Shown here: positions 48,801 to 61,800 of the stretch, piece by piece
How the letters are laid out: every line of letters starts with the position of its first letter
Position numbering within the stretch: the first letter of the stretch is position 1
Assembly: GCF_032444005.1 (NCBI RefSeq)
Contig: NC_091286.1
Coordinates: forward strand, 355,446,001-355,510,000
Length of the DNA stretch: 64,000 nucleotides
Source of the DNA: Ranitomeya imitator
Taxonomy: Eukaryota
Reading direction: 5' to 3'
The notes under the pieces: model-generated
Seen by the model: only the letters and a program-made list of their open reading frames with translations
What the model was told of the DNA's origin: nothing
Databases searched by the model: none
Made by a program: the position numbers and the translations under genes

Positions 48801-51623
48801 GGCTTTGCTAATTTTTACCGTCGCTTCATCGCTAATTTTTCTAGTGTTGTTAAACCATTGACTGATTTGACCAAGAAAGGTGCTGATGTGGTCAATTGGT
48901 CCTCGGCGGCTGTAGAGGCTTTTCAGGAGTTGAAGCATCGTTTTTCTTCTGCCCCTGTGTTGTGCCAGCCAGATGTTTCGCTCCCGTTTCAGGTCGAGGT
49001 TGATGCTTCTGAGATTGGAGCAGGGGCTGTTTTGTCGCAAAGAAGTTCTGATGGCTCGGTGATGAAACCATGTGCCTTCTTTTCTAGAAAATTCTCGCCT
49101 GCTGAGCGCAATTATGATGTTGGCAATCGAGAGTTGTTGGCCATGAAGTGGGCATTCGAGGAGTGGCGACATTGGCTTGAAGGAGCCAAGCATCGCGTTG
49201 TGGTCTTGACGGATCACAAGAATTTGACTTATCTCGAGTCTGCCAAACGGTTGAATCCTAGACAGGCTCGATGGTCGCTGTTTTTCTCCCGTTTTGATTT
49301 TGTGGTTTCGTACCTTCCGGGCTCTAAGAATGTGAAGGCTGATGCCCTGTCAAGGAGTTTTGAGCCTGACTCCCCGGGTGTTCCTTAGCCGGCGGGTATT
49401 CTCAAAGAGGGGGGTAATTTTGTCTGCCATCTCCCCTGATTTGCGGCGCGTGCTGCAGAAGTTTCAGGCTGATAGACCTGACCGTTGTCCAGCGGAGAAA
49501 CTGTTTGTCCCTGATAGATGGACTAGTAGAGTTATCTCTGAGGTTCATTGTTCGGTGTTGGTGGGTCATCCTGGAATCTTTGGTACCAGAGATTTGGTGG
49601 CTAGATCCTTTTGGTGGTCTTCTTTGTCACGGGATGTGCGTTCTTTTGTGCAGTCCTGTGGGATTTGTGCTCGGGCTAAGCCCTGCTGTTCTCGTGCCAG
49701 TGGGTTGCTTTTGCCCTTGCCGGTCCCGAAGAGGCCCTGGACGCATATTTCCATGGATTTTATTTCAGATCTCCCTGTCTCTCAAAGGATGTCGGTCATT
49801 TGGGTGGTTTGTGATCGCTTCTCTAAGATGGTCCATTTGGTACCCTTGTCTAAATTGCCTTCCTCCTCTGATTTGGTGCCATTGTTTTTCCAGCATGTGG
49901 TTCGTTTGCATGGCATTCCAGAGAACATCGTCTCGGACAGAGGTTCTCAGTTTGTTTCGAGGTTTTGGCGGTCCTTTTGTGCTAAGATGGGCATTGATTT
50001 GTCTTTTTCTTCGGCTTTCCATCCTCAGACAAATGGCCAAACCGAACGAACTAATCAGACTTTGGAGACATATCTGAGATGCTTTGTTTCTGCTGATCAG
50101 GATGATTGGGTGTCCTTCTTGCCTTTGGCTGAGTTCGCCCTTAATAATCGGGCCAGCTCGGCTACTTTGGTTTCGCCTTTTTTCTGTAATTCTGATTTCC
50201 ATCCTCGTTTCTCTTCAGGGCAGGTTGAGCCTTCGGACTGTCCTGGTGTAGACACGGTGGTGGACAGGTTGCAGCAGATTTGGACTCATGTGGTGGACAA
50301 TTTGGCATTGTCCCAGGAGAAGGCTCAACGTTTCGCTAACCGCCGGCGCTGTGTTGGTCCCCGACTTCGTGTTGGGGATTTGGTTTGGTTGTCATCTCGT
50401 CATGTTCCTATGAAGGTTTCCTCTCCTAAGTTTAAGCCTCGTTTCATTGGGCCATATAAGATTTCTGAAGTTCTTAATCCTGTATCATTTCGTTTGGACC
50501 TTCCAGCTTCTTTTGCCATCCATAATGTGTTCCATAGGTCGTTATTGCGGAGATACGTGGCGCCTATGGTTCCCTCCGTTGATCCTCCTGCCCCGGTGTT
50601 GGTCGAGGGGGAGTTGGAGTATGTGGTGGAGAAGATTTTGGATTCTCGTATTTCGAGACGGAAACTCCAGTACCTGGTCAAGTGGAAGGGTTATGGTCAG
50701 GAAGATAATTCCTGGGTTTTTGCCTCTGATGTTCATGCTGCCGATCTAGTTCGTGCCTTTCATTTGGCTCATCCTGATCGGCCTGGGGGCTCTGGTGAGG
50801 GTTCGGTGGCCCCTCCTCAAGGGGGGAGTACTGTTGTGAATTCTGTTTTCGAACTCCCTCCTGTGGTCATGAATGTACTTCGGCGAGTTCTGTCCATGAA
50901 CTCCCTCTGGTGGCTGTGAGTGGAGCTGCTGCTTCTGAGGTTCCTTCCACAGGTGACATAGTTTATTCTTTGGCTGGCTGTTCTATTTAACTCCACTCAG
51001 ATCGTTACTCCATGCCAGCTGTCAATGTTCTACTACTGGTTCAGTTCGCTCTTGGATCTTTCTGGTGACCTGTCTACTCCAGCAGAAGCTAAGTCCTTGC
51101 TGGCTAATTATTTGTTCATTGTTTCCTTGTCCAGTTGGCTATCATGATTTTGCCTTGCTAGCTGGAAGCTCTGGGATGCAGAGTGGCACCTCCGCACCGT
51201 GAGTCGGTGCGGTGGTCTTTTTGCACACTCTGCGTGGTCTTTTGTAGTTTTTGCGCTGACCGCCAAGATACCTTTCCTATCCTCAGTCTGTTTAGTAAGT
51301 CTGGCCTCCCTTTGCTGAAACCTGTTTCATCTCTGTGTTTGTGACTTTCATCTTAACTCACAGTCAATATATGTGGGGGGCTGCCTTTTCCTTTGGGAAA
51401 TTTCTCTGAGGCAAGGTAGGCTTTATTTTCTATCTCTAGGGCTAGTTAGCTCTTAGGCTGTGAAGAGGCGTCTAGGTCGTGTTAGGTACGCTCCACGGCT
51501 ATTTCTAGTTGTGTAACAGGATTAGGGGCTGCGGTCAGCAGAGTTCCCACTTCCCAGAGCTTGTCCTGTGTGAGTTTAACCATCAGGTCGTTCCGGGTGC
51601 TCTTAACCACCAGGCCCATAACA
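45892..51623 (+). mobile_element. Full-length Ty3/Gypsy chromovirus B with two LTRs
   Basis: LTRs 45892-46688 and 50832-51623 (TGTTG...TAACA, roughly 20 differences), PPT ggggggagtac, flanking cacatg duplication. Confidence 0.97.
46839..50830 (+). pseudogene. Gypsy B gag-pol (CA, CCHC, PR, RT, RH, IN, chromodomain) with three evident lesions
   Basis: ORFs 46839-48095, 48126-49388 and 49342-50919. Motifs CFYCGDSTHAISDC, VDSGA, YLDD, TDHKNL, HHCC, rve and EYVVEKILDSR...YLVKWKGYG. Lesions are a TAG at 48093, a TAG at 49386 and a +1 shift in a G-run near 49410. Confidence 0.95.
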
Positions 51624-52877
51624 CACATGGCAAAGATAAAAGTTTGAACTTCACCATCTCCATGGAAATGCTGCTTTTCTGCCTGGTGGATTCAGAAGGT
51701 TTCCGAAAGTTGATGGCCATTGCAGTCCTCCACTACCAATTGCCTAGTCGCCATTACTGTACTTCTCTAAGAAAGCTGTGCCTGGGGCATGTCGCAGACA
51801 ACATCACGGGTTTGTTGAAAAAATCTTTGTCTGCCTGACTGCATTTCACTACTGACACCTGGTTTAGCAAACATGGGCAGGGGCATTACATCTCAATGAC
51901 TGGGCACTGGGTGACTCTAGTAGCCGTGGGGACAAGTGGTCAAGGAGCTGCTCAAGAAGACTTTGAGTCTTTAAGACTTGCAGGACAAACCTATGTATCT
52001 AACACTTTCTCCACTGATTCTGCCTCATCCACCTCCTCTAGGACCTCCACCTGTGCCCTCAACCTCTTCATTAATCAGAGACGTGTTCCAACAGTGCAGA
52101 TGGAATCTCTCCCACCTTCATACTGTGCAGTCATGGCTCACAGTAATCAGGCAGTGTTTTAATTAATATGCTTTGGGGATCGCAGTCACACAGCTAAAGA
52201 GATGTGGACAGGTATCCAGGCTGAGTTAGAGTAATTATCTGTTTCCACTAAACCTGGAACCATGGATAATGAATGGTGCAAAACTGGTGACACGCTGTTG
52301 CAACCTCACACACATGATTTGCATGGCTCACATCCTCAACCTGGTGGTGTAGCAATTTCTCCACTACTATGCTGGCCTGGATGTGCTGGTGCAGAAAGCA
52401 CCATCACTGTGTGCTCACTTCTGACAATTGCTCCCTGCAGGTCATCAACTTGCATCTCTACAGAGGTCTTGCAGCCTACAGGTTACCCATTTGATTAGTG
52501 ATGTTCCGACACGGCGGAATGCCACTCTGTACATGTTGTGGTGGATGTGGAAGCAGCGACGAGCTCTGGTGCTGTGATAGAAATATTTATATCATGTAGA
52601 TCTCACTTGCATGTATACTCCTCTATAACCATATATACTCATATAAACGCAAATATATCTATATACATTATAATCAATGGCTTAAAATGGCTTAAAATGG
52701 CTGACATAAACTAATATAAGCCAGACCGACTATTCGGTATTTTCCACCCGAAAAGCAGAAGAACTCCAGATGTATTAAGTGCTGATGAGATGTCTCAACT
52801 TTGTCCCAGATGCAGAGAACTTCATTTTAGTTGCTTAATCAGCAGTCATATGTGCATTAATCACAATATTCCATATA

Positions 52878-54483
52878 CAGTGGGGCAAAAAAGTATTTAG
52901 TCAGTCAGCAATAGTGCAAGTTCCACCACTTAAAAAGATGAGAGGCGTCTGTAATTTACATCATAGGTAGACCTCAACTATGGGAGACAAACTGAGAAAA
53001 AAAATCCAGAAAATCACATTGTCTGTTTTTTTATCATTTTTTTTTGCATATTATGGTGGAAAATAAGTATTTGGTCAGAAACAAACAATCAAGATTTCTG
53101 GCTCTCACAGACCTGTAACTTCTTCTTTAAGAGTCTCCTCTTTACTCCACTCATTACCTGTAGTAATGGCACCTGTTTAAACTTGTTATCAGTATAGAAA
53201 GACACCTGTGCACACCCTCAAACAGTCTGACTCCAAACTCCACTATGGTGAAGACCAAAGAGCTGTCAAAGGACACCAGAAACAAAATTGTAGCCCTGCA
53301 CCAGGCTGGGAAGACTGAATCTGCAATAGCCAACCAGCTTGGAGTGAAGAAATCAACAGTGGGAGCAATAATTAGAAAATGGAAGACATACAAGACCACT
53401 GATAATCTCCCTCGATCTGGGGCTCCACGCAAAATCCCACCCCGTGGGGTCAGAATGATCACAAGAACGGTGAGCAAAAATCCCAGAACCACGCGGGGGG
53501 ACCTAGTGAATGAACTGCAGAGAGCTGGGACCAATGTAACAAGGCCTACCATAAGTAACACACTACGCCACCATGGACTCAGATCCTGCAGTGCCAGACG
53601 TGTCCCACTGCTTAAGCCAGTACATGTCCGGGCCCGTCTGAAGTTTGCTAGAGAGCATTTGGATGATCCAGAGGAGTTTTGGGAGAATGTCCTATGGTCT
53701 GATGAAACCAAACTGGAACTGTTTGGTAGAAACACAACTTGTCGTGTTTGGAGGAAAAAGAATACTGAGTTGCATCCATCAAACACCATACCTACTGTAA
53801 AGCATGGTGGTGGAAACATCATGCTTTGGGGCTGTTTCTCTGCAAAGGGGCCAGGACGACTGATTCGGGTACATGAAAGAATGAATGGAGCCATGTATCG
53901 TGAGATTTTGAGTGCACACCTCCTTCCATCAGCAAGGGCATTGAAGATGAAACGTGGCTGGGTCTTTCAACATGACAATGATCCAAAGCACACCGCCAGG
54001 GCAACGAAGGAGTGGCTTCGTAAGAAGCATTTCAAGGTCCTGGAGTGGCCTAGCCAGTCTCCAGATCTCAACCCTATAGAAAACCTTTGGAGGGAGTTGA
54101 AAGTCTGTGTTGCCAAGCGAAAAGCCAAAAACATCACTGCTCTAGAGGAGATCTGCATGGAGGAATGGGCCAACATACCAACAACAGTGAGTGGCAACCT
54201 TGTGAAGACTTACAGAAAACGTTTGACCTCTGTCACTGCCAACAAAGGATATATTACAAAGTATTGAGATGAAATTTTGTTTCTGACCAAATACTTATTT
54301 TCCACCATAATATGCAAATAAAATGTTAAAAAAACAGACAATGTGATTTTCTGGATTTTTTTTTCTCAGTTTGTCTCCCATAGTTGAGGTCTACCTATGA
54401 TGTAAATTACAGATGCCTCTCATCTTTTTAAGTGGTGGAACTTGCACTATTGCTGACTGACTAAATACTTTTTTGCCCCACTG
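52878..54483 (+). mobile_element. Complete Tc1 element (1606 bp) with ~200-bp IR/DR-type TIRs and TA TSD
   Basis: TA-cagtggggcaaaaaagtatttagtcag ... ctgactaaatacttttttgccccactg-TA. Inner direct repeat aaataagtatttggtcag near 53062 and its mirror near 54285-54300. Confidence 0.97.
53245..54267 (+). CDS. Intact Tc1 transposase, 340 aa, DD34E
   Basis: Paired-like HTH, GAPRK linker, WSDETK, HDND plus 34 residues to PIENLW. No stop or frameshift. Confidence 0.96.
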   Translation: MVKTKELSKDTRNKIVALHQAGKTESAIANQLGVKKSTVGAIIRKWKTYKTTDNLPRSGAPRKIPPRGVRMITRTVSKNPRTTRGDLVNELQRAGTNVTRPTISNTLRHHGLRSCSARRVPLLKPVHVRARLKFAREHLDDPEEFWENVLWSDETKLELFGRNTTCRVWRKKNTELHPSNTIPTVKHGGGNIMLWGCFSAKGPGRLIRVHERMNGAMYREILSAHLLPSARALKMKRGWVFQHDNDPKHTARATKEWLRKKHFKVLEWPSQSPDLNPIENLWRELKVCVAKRKAKNITALEEICMEEWANIPTTVSGNLVKTYRKRLTSVTANKGYITKY

Positions 54484-55689
54484 TATATTCAGATAACCAA
54501 TAACAGAGGAGCTAGACAATATGTTAATTAACTAACCACCCCTAACCACTCCTTTCTATATGCAATTATAAAACTATGTATCAGAAAATAAAGGGTCAGT
54601 ATTGATGGAATGCTTTCCTGTCACAATCGTGTACAGACTCATTCTTGATGAGTGCTCAAAATACTCAGTCTTATTGGGAATGGCCACAGCACACAGGATA
54701 GATTTATCCAACCCAAATTTCCGTATCAAATGGCGCCCCGCGAGGCATGGATGAAACACATGGCGACCCCGCTGACCGGAGAGACGGAGGTGTTGGCCAC
54801 GGCTTTGTTTCACAGGACGGAGACTGCGCAGCTCCATAAGTAAGGTAAGAAAATGTTTTCATCTTACCTGAAAGTCCCCTGTGCCCAGTCCGGGTCTATA
54901 CCTCTTGCCGGTCAGTAGGGTTGAGCGAAACGGGTCGTTCATTTTCAAAAGTCGCCGACTTTTGGCAAAGTCGGGTTTCATGAAACCCGATCCGACCCCT
55001 GTGCTGGGTCGGCCATGCGGTACGCGACTTTCGCGCCAAAGTCGCGTTTCAATGACGCGAAAAGCGCCATTTCTCAGCCAATGAAGGTAAACGCAGAGTG
55101 TGGGCAGCGTGATGACATAGGTCCTGGTCCCCACCATCTTAGAGAAGGGCATTGCAGTGATTGGCTTGCTGTCTGCGGCGTCACAGGGGCTATAAAGGGG
55201 CGTTCCCGCCGACCGCCATCTTACTGCTGCTGATCTGAGCTTAGGGAGAGGTTGCTGCCGCTTCGTCAGAAGCAGGGATAGCGTTAGGCAGGGTCCATTA
55301 ACCACCAAACCGCTTGTGCTGTAGCGATTTCCACTGCCCAACACCACCTTCGGTGTGCAGGGACAGTGGAAGCTACATTTTTTTTTTTTTCTCAGCGCTG
55401 TAGCTCATTGGGCTGCCCTACAAGGCTCCCTGATAGCTGCATTGCTGTGTGTACGCCGCTGCTCAAACCAACTGCTTTTTTCAAAGCACAAATCCTCTTG
55501 TTCTGCACAGCTATCTTTTTTGTTTGTCCACACTTTTTATTTAATTTGTGCATCAGTCCACTCCTTATTGCTGCCTGCCATACCTGGCTGAGATTACTGC
55601 AGGGAGATAGTAATTGTAGGGCACTCCGTTTTTTTTTGTTTTGTTTTGTTTTTTTGTGGGAGATTAAGATTGGCATTTCTGCTAGAGTG

Positions 55690-58600
55690 CCATCCCTGTG
55701 TGTGCCATCTCTCAGTCAGTGGGCCATAGAAAGCCTATTTATTTTTTTGCTTGATTTGGGTTATAAAATCTACCTGAAAAAATCACTACATCAATCAGTG
55801 GGAGAAAAATATTGGCCTCAGGGCTTGTGTGCCACTCTTGACTCCTGTCTGTGCCATCTCTCACTCAGTGGGCCATAGAAAGCCTATTTATTTTTTTGCT
55901 TGATTTGGGTTATAAAATCTACCTGAAAAAATCACTACATCAATCAGTGGGAGAAAAATATTGGCCTCAGGGCGTGTGTGCCACTCTTGACTCCTGTCTG
56001 TGCCATCTCTCACTCAGTGGGCCATAGAAAGCCTATTTATTTTTTTGCTTGATTTGGGTTCTAAAATCTACCTGAAAAAATCACTACATCAATCAGTGGG
56101 AGAAAAATATTGGCCTCAGGGCTTGTGTGCCACTCTTGACTCCTGTGTGTGCCATCTCTCAGTCAGTGGGCCATAGAAAGCCTATTTATTTTTTTGCTTG
56201 ATTTTGGTTCTAAAATCTACCTGAAAAAATCACTACATCAATCAGTGGGAGAAAAATATTGGCCTCAGGGCTTGTGTGCCACTCCTGACTCCTGTGTGCA
56301 TCATCACTCACTCAGTGGGCCATAGAAAGCCTATTTATTTTTTTGCTTGATTTGGGTTATAAAATCTACCTGAAAAAATCACTACATCAATCAGTGGGAG
56401 AAAAATATTGGCCTCAGGGCTTGTGTGCCACTCTTGACTCCTGTCTGTGCCATCTCTCACTCAGTGGGCCATAGAAAGCCTATTTATTTTTTTGCTTGAT
56501 TTGGGTTATAAAATCTACCTGAAAAAATCACTACATCAATCAGTGGGAGAAAAATATTGGCCTCAGGGCTTGTGTGCCACTCTTGACTCCTGTGTGTGCC
56601 ATCTCTCACTCAGTGGGCCATAGAAAGCCTATTTATTTTTTTGCTTGATTTGGGTTATAAAATCTACCTGAAAAAATCACTACATCAATCAGTGGGAGAA
56701 AAATATTGGCCTCAGGGCTTGTGTGCCACTCTTGACTCCTGTGTGTGCCATCTCTCAGTCAGTGGGCCATAGAAAGCCTATTTATTTTTTTGCTTGATTT
56801 TGGTTCTAAAATCTACCTGAAAAAATCACTACATCAATCAGTGGGAGAAAAATATTGGCCTCAGGGCTTGTGTGCCACTCCTGACTCCTGTGTGCATCAT
56901 CACTCACTCAGTGGGCCATAGAAAGCCCATTTTTTTTTTTTTTTGCTTTATTTGGGTTCTAAATTCTACCTGAAAAAATCAATAAATCAATCAGTGGGAG
57001 ATTAATATTCGCCTTTGGGTTTGTGTGCCAGTCCTAAGCGTGCCATCACTCTCTCTCAGATAGTGGGCCATTGAAAGCCTATTTATTATTTTTTTATTGG
57101 GTTTATAAATTTTCCCTGGAACAAAAAAAAAAAAAGTGGGAGATTAATATTGGCCCCTGGGCTTGTGTGCCAGTCCTGAGTGTGCCATCTCTCTCACAAA
57201 TAGTGGGCCATAGAAAGCCTATTTATTTTTTTGCTTGATTTGGGTTATAAAATCTACCTGAAAAAATCACTACATCAATCAGTGGGAGAAAAATATTGGC
57301 CTCAGGGCTTGTGTGCCACTCTTGACTCCTGTCTGTGCCATCTCTCACTCAGTGGGCCATAGAAAGCCTATTTATTTTTTTGCTTGATTTGGGTTATAAA
57401 ATCTACCTGAAAAAATCACTACATCAATCAGTGGGAGAAAAATATTGGCCTCAGGGCTTGTGTGCCACTCTTGACTCCTGTCTGTGCCATCTCTCACTCA
57501 GTGGGCCATAGAAAGCCTATTTATTTTTTTGCTTGATTTGGGTTATAAAATCTACCTGAAAAAATCACTACGTCAATCAGTGGGAGAAAAATATTGGCCT
57601 CAGGGCTTGTGTGCCACTCTTGACTCCTGTGTGTGCCATCTCTCAGTCAGTGGGCCATAGAAAGCCTATTTATTTTTTTGCTTGATTTTGGTTCTAAAAT
57701 CTACCTGAAAAAATCACTACATCAATCAGTGGGAGAAAAATATTGGCCTCAGGGCTTGTGTGCCACTCCTGACTCCTGTGTGCATCATCACTCACTCAGT
57801 GGGCCATAGAAAGCCCTTTTTTTTTTTTTTTTTGCTTTATTTGGGTTCTAAATTCTACCTGAAAAAATCAATAAATCAATCAGTGGGAGATTAATATTGG
57901 CCTTTCTGCTTGTGTGCCAGTCTTGACTCCTGGGTGTGCCATCTCTCTCTCTCTCTCCAATTGTGGGCCATAGAAAGCCTATTATTTTTTTAGCTTGATT
58001 TGGGTTCCAAAATCTACCTGAAAAAATCACTACATCAATCAGTGGGAGATAAATATTGGCCTCTGGGCTTGTGTGCCACTCCTGACTCCTGTGTGCGTCA
58101 TCTCTCACTCAGTGGGCCATAGAAAGCCTTTTTTTGTTTTATTTGTTTTCTAAATTCTCCCTGAAAAAATCATTTTATTTTATTTGGTTTCTAAATTCTT
58201 CCTGAAAAAATCATTTTATTCTATTATTTTTTTTTCCTAAAGTCTCCCTGAAAAAAAACAAAAAAAAAAAAAACAGTGGGAGATTAATATTGCCCTTTCT
58301 GCTTGTGTGCCAGTCTTGACTCCTGGGTGTGCCATCTCTCTCTCTCTCCAATTGTGGGCCATAGAAAGCCTATTATTTTTTTAGCTTGATTTGGGTTCCA
58401 AAATCTACCTGAAAAAATCACTACATCAATCAGTGGGAGATAAATATTGGCCTCTGGGCTTGTGTGCCACTCCTGACTCCTGTGTGCGTCATCTCTCACT
58501 CAGTGGGCCATAGAAAGCCTTTTTTTGTTTTATTTGTTTTCAAAATTCTCCCTGAAAAAATCATTTTATTTTATTTGGTTTCTAAATTCTTCCTGAAAAA

Positions 58601-58700
58601 ATCATTTTATTCTATTATTTTTTTTTCCTAAAGTCTCCCTGAAAAAAAAAAAAAATTAAATCAGTGGGAGATTAATATTTACATTTGTGCTTCAGTGACA
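55690..58700. repeat. 149-bp tandem array (about 19-20 units) upstream of the hAT transposase
   Basis: agtgggccatagaaagcc at 55718, 55867, 56016, 56165, 56314, 56463, 56612, 56761, 56910 and onward (149-nt steps), degenerating towards 58700. Confidence 0.96.
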
Positions 58701-58886
58701 GTCCTGCGTGTGTGGCATCTCTCTCATTTGTTGCCACCAACAACAGAGTGTGTAACATTGTGCCTGATTTTCGTTGTGGTCTCACTCACCTGTAAAGGGG
58801 TAGCTAAATCATACTGAAGTTATAGCTCACCGTGTAATTTGTGTGACAGCAACAAATACCGTTAGTTTGTTTACGTTTTTAAAACA

Positions 58887-61800
58887 ATGAGGAAGTCTGG
58901 TGGAAGAGGTCGTGGCCGGGGGCGTTCATTGTCAGCTGGTAATGAGGGTAGTGGTAGTGGTGGAGCATCAGCTGGTCGTGGGAAAAAAAATATTGCACCT
59001 AAGTCTGGAGCTGTGGAGCCAGGTTCGTCGTCTGGCTACACAAGGCCTCGAACGCTCCCTTTTCTGGGAGTAGGAAAACCGCTTTTAATGCCGGAGCAGC
59101 AAGAGCAAGTTTTGGCTTATCTTGCTGACTCAGCCTCTAGCTCTTTTGCCTCCTCTCGTGAAACTGGTAAATGTCAAAGCAGCGCGTCGTTAGTGGATGT
59201 TCACGGTCAGGGACAAGTCGCTTCCTTGTCCTCTTCAGCAAAAACAACAACAGAGAAGAATGCAGCAGGCGACACAACGGGTTACTCCATGGAGCTCTTT
59301 ACACATACCGTCCCTGGCTTAGAAAGTGAAGCAGTTAACAGTCCATGCCCATTACAAGTTGAATCTGACATGGAGTGCACTGATGCACAGCCACAGCCAG
59401 ACTACTATGCTGGTCCTTTGACTCAGACCACAACATTGCCCTCGCAGGGTAATGATCAAGAATCAGACCCTGATGAGACTATGTTGCCCCATCACGAACG
59501 CTATACCACCGACCGACACGGTGACACAGACGAAGTTGCACACGAGCTACAAGAAGAGGTAATAGATGACCCAGTTCTTGACCCCGATTGGCAGCCATTG
59601 GGGGAACAGGGTGCAGGTGGCAGCAGTTCTGAAGCGGAGGAGGAGGGGCCGCAGCAGGCATCAACATCGCAACAGGTTCCATCTGCCGGGCCCGTATCTT
59701 GCCCAAAACGCGTGGCAAAGCCAAAACCTGTTGGAGGACAGCGTGGCCATCCGGTTAAAGCTCAGTCTGCAATGCCTGAAAAGGTATCCGATGCTAGAAA
59801 GAGTGCAGTCTGGTATTTTTTTAAACAACATCCAATTGATCAGCGCAAAGTCAACTGTCAAAAATGTTCAACTACCTTAAGCAGAGGACAGAATCTGAAA
59901 AGTCTCAATACAAGTTGCATGCATAGACATTTAACCACCATGCATTTGCAAGCCTGGACTAACTACCAAACGTCCCTTAAGGTTGTAGCACCCTCGGCCA
60001 ATGAAGCTAGTCAGCAACGCAACATCCCTTCCGGCAGTGTAGGGCCACCATTTTCCGCACCACCTGCAGTATCTGTGCAGGTTTCTTTGCCAGGCCAAAG
60101 CAGTCAGGGTCAGGGAATCACCAGTTTTGTAGTAGGAAACACTGCATCTAGGGCACCGGCGGCAACAATACCATCTCCCACCGTCTCTCAGTCTGCCATG
60201 TCCACCGGCACCCCCGCTAGTTCCACGATCTCCAGCTCTCCAGTCCAGCTCACCCTACATGAGACTATGGTTAGAAAAAGGAAGTACTTAGCCTCGCATC
60301 CGCGTACACAGGGTTTGAACGCCCACATAGCTAGACTAATCTCGTTAGAGATGATGCCCTACCGGTTAGTTGAAAGCGAAGCTTTCAAAGCCCTGATGGA
60401 CTACGCTGTACCACGCTACGAGCTACCCAGTCGACACTTTTTTTCCAGAAAAGCCATCCCAGCCCTCCACCAGCATGTTAAAGAGCGCATCATCCATGCA
60501 CTCAGGCAATCTGTGAGCACAAAGGTGCACCTGACAACAGATGCATGGACCAGTAGGCATGGCCAGGGACGTTACGTGTCCATCACGGCACACTGGGTAA
60601 ATGTGGTGGATGCAGGGTCCACAGGGGACAGCAAGTTTGGGACAGTTCTGCCTAGCCCACGGTCTAGGAAACAGTTGGCTGTAGCCGTTCGCACCCCCTC
60701 CTCCTCCTCTTCGTCCTCCTGCAGAAGCGAGAGCTCGTCCACAGGCCGCAGTCGCACAACCACTCCATCCGCAGCTGCCACTGTTGCACACCAGGTCTCC
60801 CATTATGGGGCAGCTACTGGCAAACGTCAGCAGGCTGTATTGGCTATGAAGTGTTTGGGCGACAACAGACACACCGCGGAAGTTCTGTCCGAGTTCTTGC
60901 AGAAAGAAACGCAGTCGTGGCTGGGCACTGTAGATCTTGAGGCAGGCAAGGTAGTGAGTGATAACGGAAGGAATTTCATGGCTGCCATCTCCCTTTCCCA
61001 ACTGAAACACATTCCTTGCCTGGCTCACACCTTAAACCTGGTGGTGCAGTGCTTCCTGAAAAGTTATCCGGGGTTATCCGACCTGCTCCTCAAAGTGCGT
61101 GGACTTTGCTCACATATCCGCCGTTCGCCCGTACACTCCAGCCGTATGCAGACCTATCAGCGTTCTTTGAACCTTCCCCAGCATCGCCTAATCATAGACG
61201 TTGCAACAAGGTGGAACTCAACACTGCACATGCTTCAGAGACTGTGCGAACAGAGGCGGGCTGTTATGTTTTTGTGGGAGGATACACATACACGGGCAGG
61301 CAGTAGGATGGCAGACATGGAGTTGTCAGGTGTGCAGTGGTCGAAGATTCAAGACATGTGTCAAGTCCTTCAGTGTTTTGAGGAATGCACACGGCTGGTT
61401 AGTGCAGACAATGCCATAATAAGCATGAGCATCCCCCTAATGCGTCTGCTGATGCAAAGTTTGACGCACATAAAGGATCAGGCGTCTGCAGCTGAGGAAG
61501 AGGAAAGCCTTGATGACAGTCAGCCATTGTCTGGCCAGGGCAGTGTACAGGACGAGTTAGCGGGCGAAGAGGAGGAGGAGGACGAGGAGGATGATGGGGA
61601 TGATTATATTTTTAATGAGGAAGCTTTTCCGGGGCCACTGGAAATTGGTGGCGCGGCAAGGCCGGGTTCTGGTTTTTGGAGGGACACAAGTGACGTGGAT
61701 TTGCCTGAAACTGCCCCTCAACCAAGCACAGCCGCAGATTTGAGAACTGGAACTTTGGCCCACATGGCGGATTATGCCTTACGTATCCTCAAAAGGGACA

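Larger units (their letters stand above)
45600..52560 (+). pseudogene. Degenerate hAT transposase interrupted by Gypsy B
   Basis: Across the empty site it reads QPSVTQLWSHKRMFPPTH|GKDKSLN, aligning without gaps to QLTLHETMVRKRKYLASHPRTQGLN of the 58887 transposase. Downstream HFTTDTW, GHYISMTGHWV and RWNAT motifs occur. Confidence 0.8.

Noticed and set aside
52770-52810. ctgatgag as a hammerhead core
   Set aside because: No downstream GAAA or stem III. A similar cttgatgag at ~54644 also lacks a convincing fold.
53154-53894. 246-aa minus-strand ORF
   Set aside because: Antisense shadow of the Tc1 transposase.
55690-58700. CRISPR-like regular repeats
   Set aside because: Units are contiguous tandem copies with no unique spacers, there are no cas genes, and the context is eukaryotic. 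The same applies to the 385-bp and 122-bp arrays.
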